Below are positions 19,961-29,780 of a stretch of 36,329 nt of DNA, one piece after another (the first letter of the stretch is position 1; every line of letters starts with the position of its first letter). Origin of the DNA: a virus (lineage: Duplodnaviria; Heunggongvirae; Uroviricota; Caudoviricetes). The notes beneath the pieces are model-generated. The model was not told where the DNA came from. It saw nothing but the letters and a program-made list of their open reading frames with translations, and ran no database searches. Location of the stretch: IMG/VR virus record IMGVR_UViG_2737471834_000007. One strand, given 5' to 3'. The position numbers and the translations under genes are program-made.

Positions 19961-20989
19961 TCAGTCTTTCCCTTTTGCATTTACGATTGTGACGGCTGAT
20001 TCGTCGATCGCTGCATACAGCTCCGGATTCCCAAGGGCGTAACCTTCATAACGCCAGTAGCTGTTCTCAAACTGTTTACGATCGCTGACGTCTTCTGCGC
20101 GACGACGACGCGAGCCCTGCAACGTCAGCACCTGCAGGTTCTGCAGTGTGGTGACCACAAGACGTTTTCCGGGCATGAATGGCGGACAGAAGGCGCGGCG
20201 ACCGGCAATATTTTTGCTCAGTTGCTGTGCGGCAACCTGCTCTGACGGGCGATCCTCTTTGTTGTAGAGGCGGACTTCCTCCGCAGCGAGCAGGTCAGCG
20301 CCAACCAGGACAACAAGGTTTGGGTTATCCTGCCATTGCGCAGGAATGGCACTTCGGATAATGTCAGATGCTGCAGCATCCAGACCAATAAAATCACCGC
20401 CCTCGCCAATGGTGACCGGGTCTGTCAGAATTTTTGAGGTACGTCCTTCTTCTTCCCCCCAGTTTCTGGCGATCTGATGCCAGCCAATATTGACGTCCTG
20501 ACCGAGCTTATTGGTTTCCGGATCTGAGTTTTCGGCCACGCTGGCCCCGTTAAAGCCGATACGTAAAATATCTTCGGCAAAGTTGTGAAGCGCGGCGTTG
20601 TTCATCAGATTGAAAAATTCCTGCTGGCTTCCCACATTGCCCCAGATGGCCAGTGTGTCCCATGGAATGATGTTGCAGGAATCGGTTTCGACCAGTTCGA
20701 AGGTATTACCGTCAAACGTTGACCCTTTGGTGAAACGTCCGTCTTTCACGCGCCCGGTACGCAGTACAGAGTCGCCAATATTGATAACCTGACCTTTCGG
20801 ATGTGGTACATCCATCATGGTGATCAGACTGAGGAAAGCCAGGTTTTCCATCAGTGCCAGGCGAATGGCTGTTGAAAGCGGTTCAGTTAATGAGAATGAT
20901 TTCCCGTCAGAGGTCTGGCAATTGCGGAAATTGCGATGAACGGCGTCGATATACTGTCGGACCAGTTCGGTGGCTTTTGGTGTCAGCAT
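19961..20989 (-). CDS. Major capsid protein, gpN-like (342 aa)
   Basis: Size, position after the scaffold gene, and P2 capsid-family character. Confidence 0.7.
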   Translation of the reverse strand: MLTPKATELVRQYIDAVHRNFRNCQTSDGKSFSLTEPLSTAIRLALMENLAFLSLITMMDVPHPKGQVINIGDSVLRTGRVKDGRFTKGSTFDGNTFELVETDSCNIIPWDTLAIWGNVGSQQEFFNLMNNAALHNFAEDILRIGFNGASVAENSDPETNKLGQDVNIGWHQIARNWGEEEGRTSKILTDPVTIGEGGDFIGLDAAASDIIRSAIPAQWQDNPNLVVLVGADLLAAEEVRLYNKEDRPSEQVAAQQLSKNIAGRRAFCPPFMPGKRLVVTTLQNLQVLTLQGSRRRRAEDVSDRKQFENSYWRYEGYALGNPELYAAIDESAVTIVNAKGKD

Positions 20990-20999
20990 CGTTTTATCC

Positions 21000-21938
21000 T
21001 TAAATCAGTTTAAACGTGTTGGTTTCCGGCGCTCTTCCAGGAATGGTGGTGGCTTCACGGCTGAGTTCGCTGAATGCGGTTTCAAGATTTTCCACCTTCT
21101 GTGCAATATTCACGATGGTGGAAAACATTTTCTGCAGTTGCTCTTCTGACTGGGTGAAGGTGGCTTCAGTGCCTTCAGTCTTCTGCGTGTTATCCTGTGC
21201 ATTCGTTGTCTTTTCTGCGTCAGGTTCTGATTTCTCCTGCGCTGACAGTTGACTGAACTGATTTTCCAGTCTGTCCAGGCGATCTCCGGTCTGCTGAATG
21301 GCGCTCATCATCTGGTTAAATTGTTCCTGGTTCATTGGTGCCTCTTCCTGTTTGTGAGGTGACGAAGTGAAAAAGCGGGAGAAAAAGCCCCGTTTGGCCT
21401 GCTCATCATCAGTCTGCAGCGTGAAATTCAGCGTTTCTGCATTCCCCATGCGGACAGCGTTACCCTGTGAAAAGTGCAGGCGGGTGGTGTTAATGCTGGC
21501 CGGTGTGTCGGTGACAGCGATACCACTGAGCCAGAATTTGCCGGTGCCCATGTAGTCATCGCTGATTTCCACGGATGTGAACAGCTTCTGTCCGGCCTTG
21601 TTGGCTTCCAGGAGGAAACGGTTCGGCACAATGCGGGCTTTGAGCTGGATCCTGTCGCCGAATTTTTCGGTTTTCAGTTCCTCAATTGTGCCGTAGTTGT
21701 TGGTGAAGGCACGCCAGCCAGGGTCAGCATGATATGGCCAGAGCATGGCAGTGTATTCTTCCGCGTTATAGACCTCTGTGGCATCTGTCAGCCATTTTTC
21801 TTCAATATCGCGACCGTCAACAGCCTTTCCCGAGGTGGCGACCACAACCCAGTCTGTTTTCTGTTTCGTCATAGGAAATTTATTCACTGATAAAACCGTA
21901 CTGCGGGTATTAGATGAATAATCCTGTGCCGGCGTCAT
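21000..21938 (-). CDS. Capsid scaffolding protein, gpO-like (start probably at 21872, MTKQK)
   Basis: WVVVATSGKAVDGRDIEEKWLTDATEVYNAEEYTAMLWPYH fits the gpO family N-terminal pattern; Gln/Glu-rich coiled-coil C-terminus. Confidence 0.65.
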   Translation of the reverse strand: MTPAQDYSSNTRSTVLSVNKFPMTKQKTDWVVVATSGKAVDGRDIEEKWLTDATEVYNAEEYTAMLWPYHADPGWRAFTNNYGTIEELKTEKFGDRIQLKARIVPNRFLLEANKAGQKLFTSVEISDDYMGTGKFWLSGIAVTDTPASINTTRLHFSQGNAVRMGNAETLNFTLQTDDEQAKRGFFSRFFTSSPHKQEEAPMNQEQFNQMMSAIQQTGDRLDRLENQFSQLSAQEKSEPDAEKTTNAQDNTQKTEGTEATFTQSEEQLQKMFSTIVNIAQKVENLETAFSELSREATTIPGRAPETNTFKLI

Positions 21939-22057
21939 CCTGTTTATTTCTGCTGTATTCGGATAAACCGGTATATCCGAAAATAACTGAATTCTGCTGT
22001 TCGTCTTCAGAAAGGCCTTTTTCGAAAATGGTCGAAGTTTATTTATACGGAGGAGTT
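21939..22057. promoter_or_regulatory. Divergent late promoter region between the scaffold operon (-) and the terminase-portal operon (+)
   Basis: Short AT-rich gap between divergent operon starts. The P2 late-promoter dyad TGT-N12-ACA was not found here. Confidence 0.4.
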
Positions 22058-23836
22058 ATGGCTTATTCTGATGAAGTGATAGCTGCTGCCCGTGCGCTGT
22101 ATCTGAAACGGTATACGCCGAAAGAAATACAAAAAAAGCTGGGGCTTAACAGTCCGCGTATTGTTTATTACTGGGCAACAAAATATGAGTGGTATACGCA
22201 GCTCAGTACCGAAGGTGTGGAGGAGGTGATCGCCCGTCGTGTGATGACGCTGACAGAGCGTGAACATAAAAGTCAGGAAGAGCGGGATGAACTTGATCGT
22301 CTTATCGGGCACCATGTGAAACTGATGTCTGCCAGACACAGACATACAGAACGAATGGCAGAAATTGAACATATGTCTGTTGAGATGGCAGACAGTTCGC
22401 CGGTATCCCGTGGTAACAGTGAAAGCGGTAAAAAAGAACGCCGACGTAAGGCTAATGATATTTCCGGACTGACGGCAGAGAGTTTTGAACCGTTTACTAA
22501 AAAACTGTTCGCTTATCAGTTACACCTTCGGAAAAACAAAATTCGCCGTGTACGTAATTTGCTTAAATCCCGTCAGATTGGAGCAACCTTTTATTTTGCC
22601 TTTGAAGCTTTCGAAGATGCTGTATTAACTGGCGACACTCAGATATTTCTGTCCGCTTCAAAACGTCAGGCGGAAGTCTTTCGTACCTATATTGTTAAAA
22701 TTGCACAGCAGGAATTTGGGATTGCAATTAAGGGTAATCCTGTCAGGTTAAGTAATATGGCTGAGCTGTATTTTCTGGCAACGAACAGTAACACCGCACA
22801 GTCAAACAGTGGTCACGTGTACATTGATGAATATCTGTGGATCCCCGGCTTTGAACGTCTTAATACGGTTGCTTCCGGTATGGCCACACACTCGCGGTGG
22901 CGTCTGACCTATTTTTCCACACCGTCCGGTAAAACACACCAGGGATACGCGTTCTGGTCCGGTGATGAATGGCGACGCGGAGATCCGAAGCGTAAACAGG
23001 TTGAATTCCCGTCCTTTGATGAGCTGCGTGACGGTGGACGCGAATGTCCTGACGGACAGTGGCGTTACGTGGTGACGCTGGAAGATGCCATTGCCGGTGG
23101 ATTTAACCTTGCCGATATCAACGAGCTGCGCGAACGATACAGTGAGACCGCGTTCAGGATGTTGTTTATGTGCCAGTTCGTGGACGACAAGGAGAGCATT
23201 TTCCGTTTTGAAGATCTGGAGCGTTGTGGTGTTGACCCCCGAATATGGGAGGACTTCAATCCTGATGAACCGGCGCCGTTCGGTAATCGTGAGGTCTGGG
23301 GCGGTTTTGACCCGGCGAGAGGGGGGGATAATGCCACGTTTGTGGTGGTGGCACCGCCACTGGTCGAAGGGGAACGCTTTCGTGTACTGGAAAAACATCA
23401 CTGGCGCAGCATGTCATTTCAGTATATGGCTGAACGTATCCGCGCCATTAAATCCCGCTATAACATGACCTTTATCGGGATAGATGTCACCGGGCTCGGG
23501 TATGGCGTTTATGAACTTGTTCAGGGATTTGCCCGCCGTGAAACCGTGGCCATTCATTACAGCGTTGAGAGTAAAAATCGTCTGGTGATGAAAATGCTGG
23601 ATGTGGTGGATGCCCGGCGCATCGAATGGGATGAAGAGGCAAAGGATATTCCGGCTTCATTCATGGCCATTCGCCAGGAAACCACAGGCAGTGGCAACAA
23701 AGTTACCTTTACGGCAGAACGTAGTGAGGAAACCGGCCATGCGGATGTGTTTTTCGCTATTGCCCATGCGCTCAGTAATGAGCCGCTGAATTACAAAAAT
23801 AAACGCAAATCAACGTGGGTTTTTGCTGATGACTAA
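22058..23836 (+). CDS. Terminase large (ATPase) subunit, gpP-like (592 aa from the ATG at 22058)
   Basis: GGAGGAG SD 5 nt upstream of the ATG at 22058; size matches P2 gpP; the track ORF begins upstream at 21914, overlapping the divergent gene. Confidence 0.8.
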   Translation: MAYSDEVIAAARALYLKRYTPKEIQKKLGLNSPRIVYYWATKYEWYTQLSTEGVEEVIARRVMTLTEREHKSQEERDELDRLIGHHVKLMSARHRHTERMAEIEHMSVEMADSSPVSRGNSESGKKERRRKANDISGLTAESFEPFTKKLFAYQLHLRKNKIRRVRNLLKSRQIGATFYFAFEAFEDAVLTGDTQIFLSASKRQAEVFRTYIVKIAQQEFGIAIKGNPVRLSNMAELYFLATNSNTAQSNSGHVYIDEYLWIPGFERLNTVASGMATHSRWRLTYFSTPSGKTHQGYAFWSGDEWRRGDPKRKQVEFPSFDELRDGGRECPDGQWRYVVTLEDAIAGGFNLADINELRERYSETAFRMLFMCQFVDDKESIFRFEDLERCGVDPRIWEDFNPDEPAPFGNREVWGGFDPARGGDNATFVVVAPPLVEGERFRVLEKHHWRSMSFQYMAERIRAIKSRYNMTFIGIDVTGLGYGVYELVQGFARRETVAIHYSVESKNRLVMKMLDVVDARRIEWDEEAKDIPASFMAIRQETTGSGNKVTFTAERSEETGHADVFFAIAHALSNEPLNYKNKRKSTWVFADD

Positions 23837-24878
23837 AAAGAATAAACAGTGCCGGCAGCAAGGTGATGTCGCAGTGAATACGCAAGGACAGTCAGCAGGC
23901 AAAAAAATGAGCCTGATTGAATTTGGTGATCCCGAGCCAGTTGCTGCCTGGGGAAGTTATAACGGCACATTCTGGGACGGTTATAACGGCTATTACCAGC
24001 CGCCTGTTGAACGGATGGACCTTGCCGTACTGGCCAATATTGCCCCCTATCATGGGGCAGTGTTACGTGCGCGGGTTAATATGATTATGCAGGGATTTAA
24101 AAGTGGTGGCGGCATGAGTCACGCGGCAATGACAGCAGCTGTCACCAACCTGCTGATATTCGGTGATGTCGGACTGCTGAAAGTGCGCAATGGTTTCGGG
24201 AAAGTGGTCAGGCTTGTCACGCTACCCTCCCTGTATCTGCGCCGCAACAGTAACGGTGGAACGGTGATCGTGCAGATGGCTATGGATGACACGGTATATG
24301 GACCTGATGAAGTGGTCTTTGTTGCCATCTACGATCCGCAACAACAGGTATATGGGGTTCCGGACTATATCCATGGTATGGAGTCCGCCATGCTTAATGT
24401 GGATGCCACCCGGTTCCGCCGTAAATATTTTAAAAACGGCGCACACCTCGGTTACATTTTATATACCACGGATCCTGATATGTCGCCTGAGCTCGAGGGT
24501 GAGTTTCGTAAAAAAATTGAACAGTCAAAAGGCGCAGGAAATTTTAAATCCATGTTTATTAATATACCCGGAGGGAATGCTGAGGGGGTGAAGGTAATTC
24601 CTGTTGGTGATACCGGTACCAAAGATGAATTTCTGAATATCAAGAATATCAGTGCGCAGGACCAACTTGTTGCGCACCGTTTCCCGCCAGGGCTGGCTGG
24701 CATTATTCCAGCCAATACTGCAGGACTTGGTGATCCGCTCAAATCACGCGAAGCGTATTACCGTGATGAAGTGATCCCTATGCGACGGCTGATAATGGAA
24801 AGTATCAACAGTGACCGTGATATTCTCCGCCTCGGGCGCGTGGTGTTTGACCTTAATTTTGAAGAGCAGGGCAGATAA
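23823..24878 (+). CDS. Portal protein, gpQ-like (351 aa)
   Basis: Follows the large terminase with a 14-nt overlap; size matches P2 gpQ. Confidence 0.75.
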   Translation: MLMTKKNKQCRQQGDVAVNTQGQSAGKKMSLIEFGDPEPVAAWGSYNGTFWDGYNGYYQPPVERMDLAVLANIAPYHGAVLRARVNMIMQGFKSGGGMSHAAMTAAVTNLLIFGDVGLLKVRNGFGKVVRLVTLPSLYLRRNSNGGTVIVQMAMDDTVYGPDEVVFVAIYDPQQQVYGVPDYIHGMESAMLNVDATRFRRKYFKNGAHLGYILYTTDPDMSPELEGEFRKKIEQSKGAGNFKSMFINIPGGNAEGVKVIPVGDTGTKDEFLNIKNISAQDQLVAHRFPPGLAGIIPANTAGLGDPLKSREAYYRDEVIPMRRLIMESINSDRDILRLGRVVFDLNFEEQGR

Positions 24879-24943
24879 TGTGCTGTACAGGACGAGAGCG
24901 GTTAAAATCACCACGACCGAAGCAATCTGTCGGGAGGTGGAAC

Positions 24944-25201
24944 ATGCGCAGACAAAAGGCACGGTGTCATTGCTGTGGTTCGGTGGCCATTATTGAAAAA
25001 ACCGTATGGAAAACGGACCATTTTGCTGATGTATATTACCGCTGTACCCGGCTTGACTGTGGACATACCTGGGTGATGAATCTGACCTATTCTCATACGC
25101 TTGTCCCAAGCGGTCTGGATAACGGTGTACTGAAATTACTGATAGAACGTATGCGCCCGGAAGAAAAGCAGATGGCGCTGGAATTGCTGCAGGCTGGATG
25201 A
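24944..25201 (+). CDS. Ogr/Delta-family zinc-finger late transcription activator (85 aa)
   Basis: C-x2-C ... C-x4-C arrangement (CHCCGS ... CTRLDCGH); GGGAGGTGG SD before the ATG at 24944. Confidence 0.6.
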   Translation: MRRQKARCHCCGSVAIIEKTVWKTDHFADVYYRCTRLDCGHTWVMNLTYSHTLVPSGLDNGVLKLLIERMRPEEKQMALELLQAG

Positions 25202-25279
25202 GTGTCTGTACATAGATTTGTGTAATTGTCTGATTGTGCATGTCCTGCTCAGCCATTTTCTGACGCGCTTTGCTTGTCC

Positions 25280-25324
25280 AACCGGGAACAGGCGCACAAA
25301 GAATTTGCGCACCTGTTCCCGGTT
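25280..25324. terminator. Bidirectional intrinsic terminator between convergent genes
   Basis: AACCGGGAACAGG ... CCTGTTCCCGGTT (13-bp arms) with T-rich sequence following on the + strand. Confidence 0.6.
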
Positions 25325-25332
25325 CTCTTTAA

Positions 25333-25824
25333 TTATTTCTTGTTATGCCATCTGACCACACCACCTGCCAGGATAACGGCTTTTTCGATATCCCGTTCAT
25401 AGCGTAAAGGCTGAAACACACCGTCGATGAAGTATTCACTGATTTCTGGCAGGGAAACCGTAAAGCTCCTTGATGTGTTTTTGTGCAGTAAGACTGCATG
25501 CTTTAGTGCATCCTGGGCTTTCTGGAATTTCAGCGCATAGTCAGTCGCGATTTCTTCCAGCTCAGCGATGCGCAGCTTCGCTTTTCCCAGTTCTTTTTCT
25601 GCTTTATCTGCACGTTCAGCCTCGGACCCGGCGAGCTGAAAGTAATGCCACTTTTCTCCTTCGTACAGGTTAACGTAATCCCTGAGTCTGTCCCGTTCGT
25701 CCAGGAGAGCCAGTACCACCGATGGTGTGGTCTTAATACGAAATGCCAGAAGTTTCTTTGGTGTTGCCACTTTTTCTGTTGCCGTTGCTGCGTCACGCAA
25801 CGCCTGATAATCGACTTCGTTCAT
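25333..25824 (-). CDS. Hypothetical coiled-coil protein (163 aa from MNEVDYQ)
   Basis: ATG at 25824 overlaps the upstream stop (ATGA); heptad-like KAEKELGKAKLRIAELEE segment. Confidence 0.5.
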   Translation of the reverse strand: MNEVDYQALRDAATATEKVATPKKLLAFRIKTTPSVVLALLDERDRLRDYVNLYEGEKWHYFQLAGSEAERADKAEKELGKAKLRIAELEEIATDYALKFQKAQDALKHAVLLHKNTSRSFTVSLPEISEYFIDGVFQPLRYERDIEKAVILAGGVVRWHNKK

Positions 25825-26252
25825 TGTGGTGTTCTCCGGTGTTGTGTCGGCCTGGCGAATGAATTGCGTTGTGGTGAAAAGACCATTCCCGCCAGCGCGG
25901 CCTTGCGATTGACGACATTCAGTGTTCTGGCCAGCGCTGCGTTGTGTTTGTGTGCCTGTTCTTCGTGGTACTTCTGCATGATTTTCCCTGCAGGTGTGCA
26001 CGGCTCCGACTCCTCCGGCGAACGGCGGGTACGAACTGAGACAATCCAGCTCTTATGTTCATTTCCCGGCCGTCTGTTGAGTATATCTGTAATGGTGGTT
26101 TTCGTGGTGCGGTCAGGATTGACCACTGTGATTTCCAGTTCATCGCCGGGTTGTGGTCTCGTGGCAATGTTGTTCAGAGTCAGTAATGGCGTGCGCTGGC
26201 GCATCATGTTGTCAAAGCGCTGGCGCTGCATGGTGCAGTAAAAACGGGTCAT
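25821..26252 (-). CDS. Hypothetical protein (143 aa) translationally coupled to the replication gene
   Basis: ATGA overlap with the gpA-like stop at 26249-26252. Confidence 0.5.
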   Translation of the reverse strand: MTRFYCTMQRQRFDNMMRQRTPLLTLNNIATRPQPGDELEITVVNPDRTTKTTITDILNRRPGNEHKSWIVSVRTRRSPEESEPCTPAGKIMQKYHEEQAHKHNAALARTLNVVNRKAALAGMVFSPQRNSFARPTQHRRTPQ

Positions 26253-28786
26253 TGTGGCCCCTCCGTTTTCTGTGCAGGGTTGAGCTCAATGCGGCGGGTG
26301 TTGTCGTTCCAGTACGCGGTGCGCCCGTCATCCAGGAGAACACGGGCCCCGTTACGCACGGAAATAATGGCTGCGTCAGGCAGTTGTACGCCCAGTGCAT
26401 CGAGTTCGCGGGTGATTTGTGCGGTGATGTGTGGCTCTGCTGTCAGTGCGACATCCACGCGAACGCCGTCAGTGGGCGCACTGATGCCGCCGTTTTTCAC
26501 GGTTTCTGTGTCAGGTGGCGGGTTTTTCAACTGCCGGGTGAGTTGTTTTCTCTGTACCGGTGTCAGCGACCTCAGCCATTCGGTTAAATCACCTTCCGGC
26601 AGGATAAGTCGTTGCTCCCTGCGTCTGTCCTGTTTCCCTTCTGGCGTGGCATTACTGGTTAAATTCTGGTCATGGGGACAGTTATTGCCACGAGTCCAAG
26701 GGGCGACAAAGTCGCCCTCAACGTCAAAATCAGTTTCGCTGGCGCTGTCTTCACCTTCCGGCTTACGTCTGACCAGTTTCCAGGTGTCCGGATGGGTGCA
26801 TATGGTGTACTGCTCCCCGAGTGACGGTGCACGGACACCGTAAATACGTTGCGGAAATTCGCCGTAGTCGTTGGCCTCTTCGGCGGTTTCGTATGCGGTG
26901 CGGACCAGGTACGTGTTGCGGGGAATGAGTACACCACCCTGCCTGGTGATGTAGGTGGCAAAACATCCCACATCAGCGGCGGCCAGTATGGCGTCAATGT
27001 CTTCATTATCGAGGCGCTGTGGTGCCTTCGGGTTACGGGCTATCTGCCCGGCAAGACGGCGGAGTTCGCGCCATACCTGGCGTGGCGGGATACCGAAGAA
27101 CTGGAACTGGCGGATGCGGTGAAGGGCCGCCCAGCCGATGGCGTTCTCCACGGTTTCGGCCATGGTTTTACCTGATTCCCTGTCGGAGTATGGTTTGCCG
27201 GTTTTCGGGTCATTTCCCATAAATACGCTGGCGTCCAGGTTCTTACCGATATAGGTCGCGATATAGCTTGCCGGGGTGCCTTTTGCCGGGTCGATTTTTT
27301 CGCATTTAAAACGCGGGGAGATATCATCACCCAGCTCTGCGCAGTCCTCCCTGATGGCGGCGTTGCGCATGATTTCAGTGATACGGGCTTCGTTTTCCTG
27401 GCTGGTGAATACCAGCATGTGCCAGTGCGGTGTGCCGTCGTGGTGAGGCTCCACGGTGCGTACACCGTACCAGCCCAGCCCGGCTTTGCTGATGATCTTG
27501 CGGACGGCAGCGAAAAATCTGTAAACCAGGTAATCACTGGCATCGCGTACCGTTGCCCCGCAGAATTTCTGGTTCAGGCTGCCGTCATCGTTCACGCTGT
27601 GAAAACGGGAAGGGGCGGTGACGGTGACGAAAAACGCCACATCGCCGCGCGCTTCGGCGACCTGCTCCATTCCCCGGACGCAGGCCATCATCTCGTTGCG
27701 ACGGTTGCGCGGATTGGCGAGTCCGGCCCAGTAGATATCCTCAAGGCTGAACCGCTCTCCCTCTTCGTTCTCGACATCCCAGGCTTTCAGAAAATCGCGG
27801 GTGCGCTGGCGTTTTTCGCGCCAGTCCAGTAACGCTTCATGGCTGATGTATACCGACTCCTTACGTGACACCAGACCTGCGGCGCGTAACAGCTCTTCCC
27901 GCCAGATGTCGCGAAGGTGTCTTAACTGACCGTTCCACCAGTTCGCGCAGGAAAGACGCATGACCGCACCCGGCACCTGTTCCAGGTCGGGGGCGGTGCG
28001 GCGGTCGGGTCTGATTTCCAGCGACGGCCAGCAGGGCGGGGTGATACCCAGTTTTAACGCCATATGTGCCAGCGGCTGGTAGGTCAGCAGCCAGGTGTAC
28101 AGGTCATCATCCCCCTTTCCGGTCCTTTTGATGGCCTCATCACATGCGCGCTCCAGTGCGGCGGAAAATGCGGTGGCGGTCAGGGTGGCAAGGCGCTGAA
28201 TGTCGTCGCGCTCCAGTTGCGGGAGTATCAGGAGTTCATCCAGTCGTTCGCGGGCAGCGGTGGCCTTAAATGCTGTAGTGGCAAACCGTTCATTCACCTG
28301 TCTGATGCGTTTCAGACGGGCACGCAGCCCGTGACGAACGAAGTTATCCGCTGCGTATGCGCTGTTGTTCTTAAGTTCTTTCTGACGGGCATCGTCCTGT
28401 TTGCGTCTGAAGAACGCCAGCCTGCGAATCAACGGTCCGGCGAGAAAGGCCGGAAGGGCGCGCAGCTCTGCCATGGCCTCGGATACCAGCGTGGGTGGGT
28501 TATCGCGTCTGTACCTGGCCAGCTTTTCCAGCCGTATCTGCCGCTCTTCGTCGTGATGAAGGTGCGAATTAATCTGCCTGCCTTTTTCTGTGCATGTCAG
28601 GAAGACGACGGTTTCTTCATCCAGCCGGGCATTAATCCGGATGTCTTCGTTGATGTAGCTCTGAATTGCCCTGCGTAATGCCGTCGGCTTCTGTGGTAAC
28701 GCTCTGCCGAAGGTTTCCGGGTCGATAACGGGCAGTGGAGCGTTCCATGACCAGGCCCATTCGCGGTTGGTGTTCATGGCGATCAC
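26249..28786 (-). CDS. Rolling-circle replication initiator/endonuclease, gpA-like (845 aa)
   Basis: HUH motif (TPHWHMLVF) and paired catalytic tyrosines (SYIATYIGK), characteristic of P2 A-type initiators. Confidence 0.8.
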   Translation of the reverse strand: MIAMNTNREWAWSWNAPLPVIDPETFGRALPQKPTALRRAIQSYINEDIRINARLDEETVVFLTCTEKGRQINSHLHHDEERQIRLEKLARYRRDNPPTLVSEAMAELRALPAFLAGPLIRRLAFFRRKQDDARQKELKNNSAYAADNFVRHGLRARLKRIRQVNERFATTAFKATAARERLDELLILPQLERDDIQRLATLTATAFSAALERACDEAIKRTGKGDDDLYTWLLTYQPLAHMALKLGITPPCWPSLEIRPDRRTAPDLEQVPGAVMRLSCANWWNGQLRHLRDIWREELLRAAGLVSRKESVYISHEALLDWREKRQRTRDFLKAWDVENEEGERFSLEDIYWAGLANPRNRRNEMMACVRGMEQVAEARGDVAFFVTVTAPSRFHSVNDDGSLNQKFCGATVRDASDYLVYRFFAAVRKIISKAGLGWYGVRTVEPHHDGTPHWHMLVFTSQENEARITEIMRNAAIREDCAELGDDISPRFKCEKIDPAKGTPASYIATYIGKNLDASVFMGNDPKTGKPYSDRESGKTMAETVENAIGWAALHRIRQFQFFGIPPRQVWRELRRLAGQIARNPKAPQRLDNEDIDAILAAADVGCFATYITRQGGVLIPRNTYLVRTAYETAEEANDYGEFPQRIYGVRAPSLGEQYTICTHPDTWKLVRRKPEGEDSASETDFDVEGDFVAPWTRGNNCPHDQNLTSNATPEGKQDRRREQRLILPEGDLTEWLRSLTPVQRKQLTRQLKNPPPDTETVKNGGISAPTDGVRVDVALTAEPHITAQITRELDALGVQLPDAAIISVRNGARVLLDDGRTAYWNDNTRRIELNPAQKTEGPQ

Positions 28787-29196
28787 TCCCCGGCAGTTGC
28801 CCGTTGAAACGCGGCACGGTACAGCACAAGAAGGCGCCGGTATTCGTCAATAAAGCCTTCTGCCGTTTTAATTCCTTTCACTGCCACGCTGTGGGTTGTC
28901 ATGTCCAGTACGAGCGCCATTTCTGACGATGACCAGCTGATAACGCTGCTGTCGAGTCCGTTGATGTGGAACAGGCCCAGATTCAGGCTGTGATTCAGGT
29001 CTCTGACGTCAACACGGTAACGGTCATCAACGGTGAAGGAGAAATCACCGGATGTGGCGGCGCTGCTGGCTGCCTGTTTACAGGCGAGGCGGTAATAGTC
29101 GTGCAGATCATTGAGACGGGAAGCGAGGCGTGGATCCACCGCCCACATCCAGTTAAAAAAATCCTGAATATCTGAAAGTCCCTTAACGTTCTTCAT
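28783..29196 (-). CDS. Hypothetical early protein (137 aa)
   Basis: CGGAGG SD; ATGA overlap with the replication gene start. Confidence 0.5.
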   Translation of the reverse strand: MKNVKGLSDIQDFFNWMWAVDPRLASRLNDLHDYYRLACKQAASSAATSGDFSFTVDDRYRVDVRDLNHSLNLGLFHINGLDSSVISWSSSEMALVLDMTTHSVAVKGIKTAEGFIDEYRRLLVLYRAAFQRATAGE

Positions 29197-29264
29197 GTGA
29201 ACCTCCGGTAACAGACGTGCGGAAGCCTCCCGCGCACGGGTGCGGGATGGCTTCAGGATATTGA

Positions 29265-29492
29265 TTAGTGGTGGTATTGCTGGCTGATGAGGTCCTGCAG
29301 CTCCGCGAGATCATCCGCCAGGTAGCTGAAGACTGCCGCGTAATACCCGGCAGCGATACCGCCGTTAAGCCGATGTAATACGTTTGACTGCATGATGAAG
29401 GCGACAGATGCAGCCCGATGGAGTCTGCGGTTGATTTCGGTGCGGATGTGAAGGCGCTCAGCGCGGGCGCGCTGTTGTTTGCGGTTTGCCAT
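29265..29492 (-). CDS. Hypothetical small basic protein (75 aa)
   Basis: GAAGAGG SD upstream of the ATG; Arg-rich N-terminus. Confidence 0.45.
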   Translation of the reverse strand: MANRKQQRARAERLHIRTEINRRLHRAASVAFIMQSNVLHRLNGGIAAGYYAAVFSYLADDLAELQDLISQQYHH

Positions 29493-29780
29493 GGTATGGC
29501 CTCTTCGTTTGTAAGTTTGGGAAACTCACCATCCAGAGGTTCCAAGCTCGGGGTGGCGAGACGTACGGGGTTGGAACTACCGGAAAACGAAGAAACCGGC
29601 CCGACCAGAGTCGGCCCCGTACGCCCCGCCATAATTTGGGTGCGAAAACGGCGTGGCGATACGGTACGCACAAAAAAACCGCTGGCGCGGCTGTGCGCTT
29701 CGTTTGTCGGCGGGGTTCCAATCCCGGCACCCGTTTTATGAGGTGCAGCGGGAATGTAACCCGACAGATTGCGGCATGGC

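Noticed and set aside
29711-29735. tRNA-like T-arm sequence (CGGGGTTCCAATCCCGG)
   Set aside because: Only 4 of 5 stem pairs, a non-canonical loop, and no acceptor stem or CCA end; not a tRNA or convincing tRNA fragment.
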